DNA of 64,000 nucleotides, from contig JAHQWK010000024.1 in NCBI GenBank assembly GCA_029856145.1, forward strand, positions 43,131 to 107,130, in the 5' to 3' direction. The DNA comes from Promethearchaeia archaeon. GTDB lineage: Archaea > Asgardarchaeota > Lokiarchaeia > Sigyniarchaeales > SOKP01. Numbering within the stretch: the stretch's first letter is position 1; every line of letters begins with the position of its first letter. Made by a program: the position numbers and the translations under genes. This document shows positions 9,317 to 18,213 of this stretch, piece after piece. The notes under the pieces are model-generated. The model worked only from the letters and a program-made list of their open reading frames with translations. It searched no databases and was not told the origin of the DNA.

Positions 9317-10390
9317 ATGAGTTATAAATTCTTAAAAACCGAAAAAACTCTAGTAGATAAGCAATTAGAAATGTATTTTGCTAATTTACACAAGAAAGAA
9401 AAAGATATACTTCTAAATGATTTTATTAATCAACTTGAAGAATTCATTTTAAATGAAAAAGCGAAAAGAATCCATCCTATTTTGTTGAATGCCGCTTTTG
9501 CGGGTATTGTAAATCCTATGTATTTAGAGGATCAAATAGAACAAATTCGTGAAGTGTCCATATCAGTCGAATTATTACATAGCGGTCACTTAATACATGA
9601 TGATCTCCTAGATAATGATGAGATAAGAAGGGGTAAACCTACATTTCATGTACAATTAAAAAATGAAATAAGTCAAGTGTACAAGGACTTAGAACTCCCT
9701 AATAAAGACGAGTTGAGTGGATTATATGGAAGGGATATGTCAATATTAGGGGGTACACAAGGATATCTTTTAGGTTTAGACATTTTAAAATCTTCAAAAT
9801 TCCCAGAACAATTAAAACTCTTTGCTATTAATGAATATACACAAGCAATGGATTATTTAATGAAAGGACAGTTAGTAGAAGAATACATGAATTATCATAA
9901 TATTACCATGACATTAGAACAATATTTGAATATAATGGAATTTCAAAAAGCAAGAATATTTGAAAAATCTACAAAAATTGGAGCATTTTTGGCTAAAGGG
10001 AATCTTCATTATCAAATCAATCCTCTAAGTAATGCAATGTTACTTATTGGTCAAGCTCATGCAATTCGTGATGATATTATTGATCTAGAAGACGACATTA
10101 AAGGAAAGCAGAAAAAAATCGTGTATATTTTAGCTATCTCAAATACTGATGAAGATCAGTCTAAGAGATTGAATGAAATATACCATAAAGATCATTTGAC
10201 AAATAATGATGTAAAAGAAGCAGAAGATATCTTCACAAAAACCAATGCCTTAATGATTGCTGAACATTTAGCAAAAAATTTTATCGAACAAGCTAAAGAT
10301 TCTCTTAAAGATATTTATCCAGATCTAAATAAAGAACAAAAAATGTTCTTTAGTGAATTTTCAGATTTTGTTTATACAAGAGAATTTTAG
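9317..10390 (+). CDS. Trans-isoprenyl diphosphate synthase (divergent)
   Basis: FARM LIHDDLLDNDEIRRGKPT, GQ motif and SARM DDIID; start likely at ATG 9317. Confidence 0.85.
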   Translation: MSYKFLKTEKTLVDKQLEMYFANLHKKEKDILLNDFINQLEEFILNEKAKRIHPILLNAAFAGIVNPMYLEDQIEQIREVSISVELLHSGHLIHDDLLDNDEIRRGKPTFHVQLKNEISQVYKDLELPNKDELSGLYGRDMSILGGTQGYLLGLDILKSSKFPEQLKLFAINEYTQAMDYLMKGQLVEEYMNYHNITMTLEQYLNIMEFQKARIFEKSTKIGAFLAKGNLHYQINPLSNAMLLIGQAHAIRDDIIDLEDDIKGKQKKIVYILAISNTDEDQSKRLNEIYHKDHLTNNDVKEAEDIFTKTNALMIAEHLAKNFIEQAKDSLKDIYPDLNKEQKMFFSEFSDFVYTREF

Positions 10391-10407
10391 AATTATCCTC
10401 TAATATT

Positions 10408-11004
10408 TTATACTACAACAAATGGAATATGTTGTTTTTTCAACATTAAGTTATTTAATTCTTTGAAAACTTCTAAAACGTTTTGATTCTCCAAAGCAGA
10501 TGTTCTAGCAAATCCATCTAATTTTCTTTTTTCTAAATATTCGGAAATCAAGGTATCATTAATAATTTCTGATTTTGAGGTTTTCTTTATTAAATCACTT
10601 TTACTCGCAACTAAAATTATTGGAATCTTTGAATCTATAGCATTCTCAATTATTATATCATACCAGAAATCTAGTTGATTAAAAGATGGAAAATTCACTG
10701 AATCGAATACTAACAAGGCTCCATTAGCACCTTCTATAAATTTGGGGATTAATGGAGCAAATCTTTCCTGCCCTCCAAAGTCAAAAATCGAATTTACAAC
10801 ATAATTTTCCTTCTGTGGATTTATTTCTTTTGTAAAATTGATTTTTAAATAGACTGAATGAAAATTTATACCAATTGTTGGAGAACTATCAAAACTAAAT
10901 GAGTTAAAACAATAACGATTAAATAATGATGTTTTACCTACTGAACTGGCACCACAAATCACAGTTTTGAAACTAAATAATATATCTTTTCGATTATAAC
11001 TCAT
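10408..11004 (-). CDS. Rab-like small GTPase
   Basis: G1 GASSVGKTS, G2 PTIG, G3 DFGGQE, G4 SKSD, G5 TSA. Confidence 0.92.
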   Translation of the reverse strand: MSYNRKDILFSFKTVICGASSVGKTSLFNRYCFNSFSFDSSPTIGINFHSVYLKINFTKEINPQKENYVVNSIFDFGGQERFAPLIPKFIEGANGALLVFDSVNFPSFNQLDFWYDIIIENAIDSKIPIILVASKSDLIKKTSKSEIINDTLISEYLEKRKLDGFARTSALENQNVLEVFKELNNLMLKKQHIPFVVV

Positions 11005-11220
11005 CTTTTAATAGAGCCTTGAATGTAAATAAAATTATCTTAAGTAATTTTAATGTTTAAATATTGGAATGTTAGATTCTCTAAATTTAATAGAGTGAAT
11101 ATGCAACACCTTAAATAGTTTCCGAGAATCGTTAATAATAAACTAAACTAGTAAAATATATTCTAGAGATGGTTCGATTTAATTTCTAAACTATTTTCTT
11201 TCTTTTATTATTCAATCTTT

Positions 11221-11367
11221 TTAAAATCCAACTGCTTGCTCGTCTTTCCACCAATCTGAAGCACCCAAATAACACTCTCCAAGTTTGTATATAATTTGAG
11301 CTCCTTCAATTTTATAAAAGTCCTCTTTATACACTTGATGACTAAGATTAGATAAGCATTGAATCAA
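11221..11367 (-). CDS. Possible 48-aa small ORF or gene remnant
   Basis: Translated by hand from a TTG start: MIQCLSNLSHQVYKEDFYKIEGAQIIYKLGECYLGASDWWKDEQAVGF; includes a TPR-helix-like segment. Confidence 0.25.
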   Translation of the reverse strand: MIQCLSNLSHQVYKEDFYKIEGAQIIYKLGECYLGASDWWKDEQAVGF

Positions 11368-11474
11368 ATTTTCTTATTATTTTATAATAATAATATCTAA
11401 AAATCCCTTTTCTTTTATTATAATTGTAAATAAGGTTGTTTAAATTCTTTAATTATTATTCTTAATGAATCTGT

Positions 11475-12383
11475 ATGGCTACTAAAATTCCACCTGATCA
11501 GATAGTTATTAGGCCTCCTGTAGAAGCTTATTCTGTTTTAATACCTGTAACAGGTGGATGTTCATGGAATAAATGCCGTTTCTGTGGAACTTATAAAGGC
11601 GTATATGGAGTTTCCCAAGACTATGCTATACGAACTTTAGAGGATGTAAAAAAGGATATTGATAAATATGCTGAGAGTAATTATCATGGTTTTCCTGTAT
11701 TTTTAGCAGGAGGTAATCCTACTTCCGCACCAACAGATTATTTAGTTGAAATTATTAAATATGTTAGAGTTAAGTTAAAAAATGTTCCACGAGTAAGTTG
11801 CTACGCTAAAGCTTTAGATGTTTTAAGAAAGTCAGATGAAGAATTAAAAGCGATAATGAATGCAGGATTAGATATAGTCTATATGGGATTAGAGAGTGGC
11901 TCAAATACCATATTAAGAATTATGAAAAAAGGAACTAATGCTGAATCTATGATAGAAGCAGGGAAGAAAATTCTAAATGCTGGAATTAAACTTTCATTAT
12001 ATATCATTTTAGGATTAGGAAGTCATAAATATTCAGAAGAACATGTGAAAGAAACTGCTAGAGTGTTAACTGAAATTAACCCAACTATTTTCCGGTTCAG
12101 AACCTTAAATATTTTACCTGGTACTCCACTTTGGGATGAATGGAAATCTGGTGAATTTAAACTATTGAGCCCATTGGAAAATATTACAGAAGAGAGAAAT
12201 ATCATAGCTAATTTAGGTGAAAATGTTACTTCTCAAGTCTTTAACGACCATGTGTCTAATTATTGTACGATAGAATCTTCTAATATAAAAGTAGATCGAG
12301 AAATGTTTATAAAAACCTTAGATTCTTATATTAATGACCCAAAAATCCAAAACTTGCCAAGAAAAAACTTAATAAGAATGTGA
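11475..12383 (+). CDS. Radical SAM protein (paralog of 734..1657)
   Basis: RPPVEAYSVLIPVTGGCSWNKCRFC, YMGLESG and DHVSNY motifs. Confidence 0.9.
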   Translation: MATKIPPDQIVIRPPVEAYSVLIPVTGGCSWNKCRFCGTYKGVYGVSQDYAIRTLEDVKKDIDKYAESNYHGFPVFLAGGNPTSAPTDYLVEIIKYVRVKLKNVPRVSCYAKALDVLRKSDEELKAIMNAGLDIVYMGLESGSNTILRIMKKGTNAESMIEAGKKILNAGIKLSLYIILGLGSHKYSEEHVKETARVLTEINPTIFRFRTLNILPGTPLWDEWKSGEFKLLSPLENITEERNIIANLGENVTSQVFNDHVSNYCTIESSNIKVDREMFIKTLDSYINDPKIQNLPRKNLIRM

Positions 12384-12414
12384 ATATTTGAGGATAGAAC
12401 AAATATAATCTTTT

Positions 12415-13491
12415 TTAAGCCTCAAGAACTTTATCCACCAGATCAATGAATTTTTTATATTTAGATATTGAACCTAAAAGGAATTCATATATTTTGTAAA
12501 TCCGGGTATAACCATTTAATTTTTCCAAAGTATTTCTATTTTCCTCAAGTTCTAGTCTTAGTTTTTGTAACTCATCATCCCATTTTGCCATTCTGTCAAT
12601 AACGGTTCTAGAGAATTTTAAAAGGATTATTCCCGCGGATTCAGCACAATACGTAATTTTACCTTTAGGTGAAATATCTGATTTCTCTATTAATCCATTT
12701 TCTAAAAGTAAGTTTACTTCTTCAGAAATCTTCCCTGCTGACAATCCGGTGATCCTTTGTAATGTTTTTTGGGTAAGCAATTTTCTTGTAATAAAGTACA
12801 CGAGAATCCTAATGAACATTGGATCTCGACTTGAAAACATGGGGGAAGTGGCAAGTTGATTTAACATATCATCCTCAACTAAATAAACTTCTGGGTCAAA
12901 AGAAATCTTCTTCACTTCTTCTTCTCTTCTAATCAAATTGAAAGATTTTGAAGATATATCTTTCAATGTTTCATTAGTTGAATTTTCTATCAATATTGGA
13001 AATATAATTTTATAAATTTCAAAAGTTTCAAGCAATTCATCAATTCTATTTGAGAGATGTTGCGCTCCTTTTTTAGATTGCTCAATAAATTTTATCAATT
13101 CTTCCTTTTTATTTTTCAAATAAGTTTCTAAAGGACCAAAAGTACTTAATGCAATTTCAATCCCTCTTGTTGTAAGATCTTCAAGCTTGCCGGTAAATGA
13201 ATATATAAATGTATGAGTGTGAGGAATACGTTCTTTTTGAAAAGTTCCAGTACCCGTCATAACTGATAAAATTGTTGATATAGAGCCCATTGAGAATCCC
13301 GTTAACTTTTTTAATTCCTTCTGGGTTAAACTTTCATGAATTAGTAAATAAGAAGAAATCATAGATATCTTTGGATTAACTCTTTTACTTTGAGCAATAT
13401 CTAATAAAAATTCTACAAGCTTATTTTCATATTTGCGAAGTTTATCACTAAAAAGATGACTAAAATTTTCTGTATCTTCTTCAACTGTCAT
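12415..13491 (-). CDS. Tandem two-domain GbsR/MarR-like wHTH transcription regulator
   Basis: Two HTH motifs: LTQKELKKLTGFSMGSISTIL and LTQKTLQRITGLSAGKISEEV. Confidence 0.85.
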   Translation of the reverse strand: MTVEEDTENFSHLFSDKLRKYENKLVEFLLDIAQSKRVNPKISMISSYLLIHESLTQKELKKLTGFSMGSISTILSVMTGTGTFQKERIPHTHTFIYSFTGKLEDLTTRGIEIALSTFGPLETYLKNKKEELIKFIEQSKKGAQHLSNRIDELLETFEIYKIIFPILIENSTNETLKDISSKSFNLIRREEEVKKISFDPEVYLVEDDMLNQLATSPMFSSRDPMFIRILVYFITRKLLTQKTLQRITGLSAGKISEEVNLLLENGLIEKSDISPKGKITYCAESAGIILLKFSRTVIDRMAKWDDELQKLRLELEENRNTLEKLNGYTRIYKIYEFLLGSISKYKKFIDLVDKVLEA

Positions 13492-13536
13492 TTCTTATTT
13501 AAATATAGGTTAAACAGGTTTATAAATGTTTTTATA

Positions 13537-13553
13537 TTTCAAACTTTATGAAA
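13537..13553. promoter_or_regulatory. Palindromic operator TTTCA-N7-TGAAA
   Basis: TTTCAAACTTTATGAAA between the divergent regulator and the Zn-finger gene; identical copy at 13988. Confidence 0.75.
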
Positions 13554-13623
13554 GGTGAAGAAAGTTAAATCTCTAATTTTTTTTAATTATCTTGATGAAG
13601 AAATTAAAAAAAAAGAAATTTTC

Positions 13624-13827
13624 ATGCCGGAAAAAGACACCAAATATAATCAAATTTTTGACATGGGGGATGTGAAATATAAGAAATGCCCCGTTTGCAA
13701 AAAGACGCGGGAGTATCCAGATGAGTTTCAGCCTGAGAGTCTATGCGTCTTTTGTACCGAGGATATCTTTACAGAGCCCGAGTTTTTTAAAATATATCTG
13801 AAAGCTATTAGAAAAGAATATGTTTAG
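13624..13827 (+). CDS. Small (67 aa) CxxC...CxxC zinc-binding protein
   Basis: CPVC...CVFC; ATG 13624 preferred; followed by a T8 run at 13851-13858. Confidence 0.7.
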   Translation: MPEKDTKYNQIFDMGDVKYKKCPVCKKTREYPDEFQPESLCVFCTEDIFTEPEFFKIYLKAIRKEYV

Positions 13828-13987
13828 CCTGTTCAGGATATGCACACTTATTTTTTTTCCAAGAACTAGCCAATAAATAATTAAGGAAAAATTAAAAGAA
13901 AATTATAGAATCTTTAGGATTAAGGTTTAATAAATAAATAGGATCCTACTATTTTTTCTACAGTTGTAATTAATAATTCTTTATAAT

Positions 13988-14133
13988 TTTCAAACTTTAT
14001 GAAACAGAAGTTTGAGCTATGATTCTGTTGCAAAATTCGTTTCACGACTTTTGAAAAATAAAAACATTTAAATATGTAGTTGATTATAATATTAATGGGT
14101 TTCATAACTTTTGAAACTTAAAAAATTATGAAA
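13988..14133. promoter_or_regulatory. Operator cluster (TTTCA-N7-TGAAA x3 plus one degenerate copy) flanking a TATA-like box
   Basis: Perfect sites at 13988-14004, 14040-14056 and 14100-14116; degenerate site at 14117-14133; TTTAAATA at 14067. Confidence 0.75.
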
Positions 14134-14150
14134 CTTCACATTCCCACCAA

Positions 14151-14873
14151 GTGTGTAAAAAAATGATTGAAATTATTTCTCAGGAAATATGGATTGGAGA
14201 TATTGATGCTAATATCAAAGAAGTAAAACCTGAACATATTTATTCAAGATGGGTTTTATTAATTGCGGGTATAAGTTATTTCATTGTATTTATTACAAGT
14301 ATATTAATAGCAATCTTTCTAGGACCTTTAGGTTATAATCCTTATTTTAATGCGATTAGCGATTTAGGGTCGTCTCATATTACTCCTGTGGCATTTCTTT
14401 TCGATAGTTCATGTTTCATCAGTCCTGGGTTTATAATTCCTTCCTTAATTATAATAGAGAAGAGGGTAGCCCCTGAATCTTTTTTTAATGGAATTAAGAA
14501 TAAGAGTGTATCATTAAAACAGAAATTTGCAGTCTTTGGAGTAGCCTTTGGACTTATTGGACTTATTGGATTGATTTTAGTAGGAGTCTTTAGTTTAGAT
14601 CGAGCAGGTCCAATGGGAATTTATCATGGGATTGCAGCAATATTAACTTTCGGAGGTTTTGTCCTTTGTATTTTCATATTTACTTTATGTTTAATTTGTT
14701 TTCGAGGCGAAATATCTAAAGTTTATGCAATAGCCACATCTTTACTTCCTATTATTATGCTATTTTTGTGGTTTTATACGAGAATCTTAATTTTTGAGTG
14801 GCTCTCTTATTTGTCAATCTTATCATACCTACTCTTTTTTCATTTTACTAATTTTAAGAGGGGAGGTTGGTAA
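14151..14873 (+). CDS. Multi-TM membrane protein, DUF998/Frag1-like
   Basis: About 6 TM segments; YNPYFNAISDLG and GIYHGIAA motifs; start may be ATG 14163. Confidence 0.7.
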   Translation: MCKKMIEIISQEIWIGDIDANIKEVKPEHIYSRWVLLIAGISYFIVFITSILIAIFLGPLGYNPYFNAISDLGSSHITPVAFLFDSSCFISPGFIIPSLIIIEKRVAPESFFNGIKNKSVSLKQKFAVFGVAFGLIGLIGLILVGVFSLDRAGPMGIYHGIAAILTFGGFVLCIFIFTLCLICFRGEISKVYAIATSLLPIIMLFLWFYTRILIFEWLSYLSILSYLLFFHFTNFKRGGW

Positions 14874-15106
14874 AATAGGGCTCTCTAACAGAAAAAATAA
14901 TTATTGACTTATAAAAAATTAGTTTTTCAAGCCTTAAGAACATTAATTAATAACCTATTTTTATTTACTTTTGATTTTAAGAAATTTCTTGAATACTAAG
15001 ACTTCCTTTTTTTTTATTACAAAAATAAATAATGTAGAGGTTTTAAGTTCTATTTTTAATTTATAAATGGAATTATTTTTTTAATTCAATTTATATAATT
15101 CGTAGA

Positions 15107-16411
15107 TTATATATCAAGGATTTCCTTCGTAATTGATAAGATTTCAACTTCATCAAACAAATTAGTCTTCCCAGTTTTTTTAAACAACTCAATTTGTTCA
15201 TGATAAAGCGTTTCAAAAAGATTAGTAAGATAATTAAGTCTTTCCTTAAAACTTGAATCTGATGGTTTAAATAGAAAACAGACTATTTCAATATATTTAC
15301 CGTAAACGGCTTGAACATAGAGACCTTTATAATTAATTTCTTCCATTTTTGAACCCCCAATTTGAGTTACAAATGAATCCATTGCTGTTAAAAAACCTGA
15401 TACTAATGCTTGTTCCTTGAAATTTTCACTGGCATAATTTATAATTGGCGTTCCACTAGTCTTTTCTATTATTATTAAATCTCTGAATATTTCCGAATAT
15501 TTTGGTTGATTAGCTTCTTTGAGCATTAATTTATTATGTTCTAAGTCATTGTAAATATCAAATAATCTAAAGTTATATGAGTCAAACGAATTTGTTTCGT
15601 TGAAATAATAATCTGATAATTTTATAACTTGTGAAGGAGCTCTCATTGGTTCTTTTGGAAGCTTTTTAATAAACTTATTTCGTATTTCAAGATCATAATT
15701 ATCGTTCTTTTTTCCTTTTCTTACACCGTAAACTATTTTCCGTGATGGATCAACTACATAAAGCCAACAATTCAAATCTTTCATGTCGTAAATTAAATTT
15801 TGTAATCCTAATTTAAGAACACCAATAGGAGTTGTTACAAAAATATTCCAACTCGCAACCTTTGCAGCTTCTTTTATTGATTCTTTTGTTTCAAGATAAG
15901 TCTTTTCATTAACATTAACACCATTCATGACGAATACAGCTGCGGTCTTTACTTTCGATTTTTTCATTGTTAAATACATGTCCATTTTAGGTGAAATTGA
16001 ATCATAGGAGGTATTATGAACTGTTGTTTCGAGATCAGCACAATGATCTGCAAAAGTTTCACTTAAATCTTGCTTTGCTATGAAATCTAAATGATATAGA
16101 TACCTCTTGAATGTTTTTGAATTAATGACTGCGTATCCACAATATTCCAAAGGGTTATCAAATCTTTTTTGCCAATCAGTTGAATTATATACATTAGTTA
16201 GGTGTGTTAAAATGAGTTTTATATATTCAAGTCTACTAACAAATGATTTTTCAGGAATAGTTATCCCATAATCCGCAATAAATTCTAACAATTCTTGAAT
16301 TTTGCAATTTATTAAAATATAATTAATAGAAAATAAACCAAATTTGCTTTTGCTTTTTTCTATAAGGTATTGAATTACATTATCCTCAGTAATTTCAGTT
16401 TCAGCGCTCAT
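15107..16411 (-). CDS. Protein with C-terminal longin/roadblock-like domain
   Basis: C-terminal LIIIEKTSGTPI...ALVSGFLTAMDSFVTQIGGSKMEEINY pattern typical of Asgard longin-like domains; N-terminal region unknown. Confidence 0.65.
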   Translation of the reverse strand: MSAETEITEDNVIQYLIEKSKSKFGLFSINYILINCKIQELLEFIADYGITIPEKSFVSRLEYIKLILTHLTNVYNSTDWQKRFDNPLEYCGYAVINSKTFKRYLYHLDFIAKQDLSETFADHCADLETTVHNTSYDSISPKMDMYLTMKKSKVKTAAVFVMNGVNVNEKTYLETKESIKEAAKVASWNIFVTTPIGVLKLGLQNLIYDMKDLNCWLYVVDPSRKIVYGVRKGKKNDNYDLEIRNKFIKKLPKEPMRAPSQVIKLSDYYFNETNSFDSYNFRLFDIYNDLEHNKLMLKEANQPKYSEIFRDLIIIEKTSGTPIINYASENFKEQALVSGFLTAMDSFVTQIGGSKMEEINYKGLYVQAVYGKYIEIVCFLFKPSDSSFKERLNYLTNLFETLYHEQIELFKKTGKTNLFDEVEILSITKEILDI

Positions 16412-16716
16412 TTTTCCACTAAACCCATCAAATTAATATCTAGTAAATTGTACAACTTTTACACCTAGGTTCTTCTATACAAATTTTATCTAATTAATAT
16501 ATACTAGAAATATATCTTTTCGTGATATCCGTATATATAATTTCATAAAATTTACTAAGGAAGAATTTGTAAAAATAATGATTTAGATTGTTCTAGCCCT
16601 ATTAAGCTTATAAAAAAAAAGAAAAATATGGAATAATTTTTAATAAATAAATGGAATTAATTTTTAAAACTTTTTTTTTATTTGAAAATATTTTAAATTC
16701 TCAATTCCCTTATAAT

Positions 16717-17229
16717 TTATTTTTCAAGAGATGCTAGTTCTTTTTCTAATACTTCAATTACTTTCATAGTTAAGGGTAGAGATGCTGTAAGTAATGTAAG
16801 GAGCTCATAAACATCAGTATAGCCGTAGAGATTTTCTATTTCATTTTTCTCTGCATTCATTTCTTTTTTTAATTCATTAAGCTCATTATAAAAATCAAAT
16901 ATTTCTTTTTGCGAATTAAAAAAATTCTTAATAATAGCTTTTTTGGGAGAATCCATTGAATAAGTAATCTCGCCTGTTCTAGATATTTTAGATTTCTCAA
17001 TAAATGCATTCTCAACTAGTTTTTTCAACTCCTGGGAAATCTTGCCTCGGGAAAATCCGGTTAGTTTATGTATCATATCTTGGGTTAGATTTTTCCTTGT
17101 AATGAAATAGGCCTTTATTGTGTAATATATGGACTTCTGAAAACCAAAAAGTGGAGCACTTAGTAGAAATTCTATTAACTCACCTTCAAAGTTCTTGATC
17201 TCATCATCAAATGGCTCATTTTCACTCAT
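16717..17229 (-). CDS. GbsR/MarR-like wHTH regulator (matches the C-half of 12415..13491)
   Basis: YFITRKNLTQDMIHKLTGFSRGKISQEL; ATGA overlap with the upstream gene. Confidence 0.85.
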   Translation of the reverse strand: MSENEPFDDEIKNFEGELIEFLLSAPLFGFQKSIYYTIKAYFITRKNLTQDMIHKLTGFSRGKISQELKKLVENAFIEKSKISRTGEITYSMDSPKKAIIKNFFNSQKEIFDFYNELNELKKEMNAEKNEIENLYGYTDVYELLTLLTASLPLTMKVIEVLEKELASLEK

Positions 17230-18011
17230 GAGTTTTCCCTCCCAAGGCCTTTTACGAATTCTGAATCAGTGATTAAACCAACTATTTTGCGGTGAAATTC
17301 TAAAAAAGAGAGAATCCCTTGAATTCTTTCTAATAAAATTTTATGGCCTTTTCTGAACTGAAAAGGCTCTAAATTTATAATCATTGATTGTAAAAACTTT
17401 TTAGTATACTCATTTGTTTCAAATTTATAGACGCTCGTACCTGAAGCAATTGCTGAAAAATCTCCTCCTAAAGAATATAAATATTTTCTAGTCCCCTTAA
17501 TCAATTCCTTTTTAAGAATTGGAGACGCTTCCATTAATTTCAAATTTTCAGAAATTGCACCCTTTGAAAGTCCTGTAAGCTCTTTCATTTGAGCCTGCGT
17601 TAAACCATTACGTTTATGTAAAAGTAGACAACCAATAATTGTGGCTAAAACATAATTTTGTCCTTTTAATTTGCCTGCCCTTACGAAGAATTTAATAACT
17701 CTTTTTTCATATTCACGGATCTTTCCCTCAAACATGTGAGATTTTCTTTCCACGTAATCCGAATAATCTTCATCAAGTCTTCGATTAATAACATTCCATA
17801 ATGATGTAAAATCTTCATTTGAGAGATCCAACTTATTAATTTTGTTTTTTAATTCGAGGATTAATTTTTCATTCCATATTGGATCAGTAAGAAAATCTTT
17901 AAGTTTTTCTTTTAGTAATTTGATATGCCCACCTTTATTATTCTCCAAATAATTCTGAGCAATTTTACCTATTATTTCCAATAAATTATTAATTTTCTTC
18001 TGATCAATCAT
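17226..18011 (-). CDS. GbsR/MarR-like wHTH regulator with N-terminal extension (matches the N-half of 12415..13491)
   Basis: LTQAQMKELTGLSKGAISENLKLM...GTRKYLY. Confidence 0.85.
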   Translation of the reverse strand: MIDQKKINNLLEIIGKIAQNYLENNKGGHIKLLKEKLKDFLTDPIWNEKLILELKNKINKLDLSNEDFTSLWNVINRRLDEDYSDYVERKSHMFEGKIREYEKRVIKFFVRAGKLKGQNYVLATIIGCLLLHKRNGLTQAQMKELTGLSKGAISENLKLMEASPILKKELIKGTRKYLYSLGGDFSAIASGTSVYKFETNEYTKKFLQSMIINLEPFQFRKGHKILLERIQGILSFLEFHRKIVGLITDSEFVKGLGRENS

Positions 18012-18099
18012 TACTGGTACAGCTAATAATATTAAACATCATTTTCTTTTAGTCTTTCCTATAAATAATATTGCTTTTCTATTATTTAAAGATTATGAA

Positions 18100-18196
18100 T
18101 TTCATAGATTGTGAAGTTCATAGGAAATGAAAATATTTAAATATGCAATTTCACTCTTAATAATTGTAAGATCTACTATTTTCATTATAAATGAAA
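18100..18196. promoter_or_regulatory. Operator cluster flanking a TATA-like box in the divergent promoter of the ABC exporter
   Basis: TTTCATAGATTGTGAAG (18100), GTTCATAGGAAATGAAA (18116) and TTTCATTATAAATGAAA (18180); TTTAAATA at 18136. Confidence 0.75.
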
Positions 18197-18213
18197 AATA
18201 AAAACAATAAAGG

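Noticed and set aside
13920-14105. 61-aa minus-strand ORF
   Set aside because: It overlaps the operator/TATA cluster and has no protein-like features; the region is better explained as a promoter.
13988-14133. Spaced repeats as a possible mini-CRISPR array
   Set aside because: Units are only 17 bp with a variable core and irregular spacing, and there are no cas genes. They fit operator palindromes.
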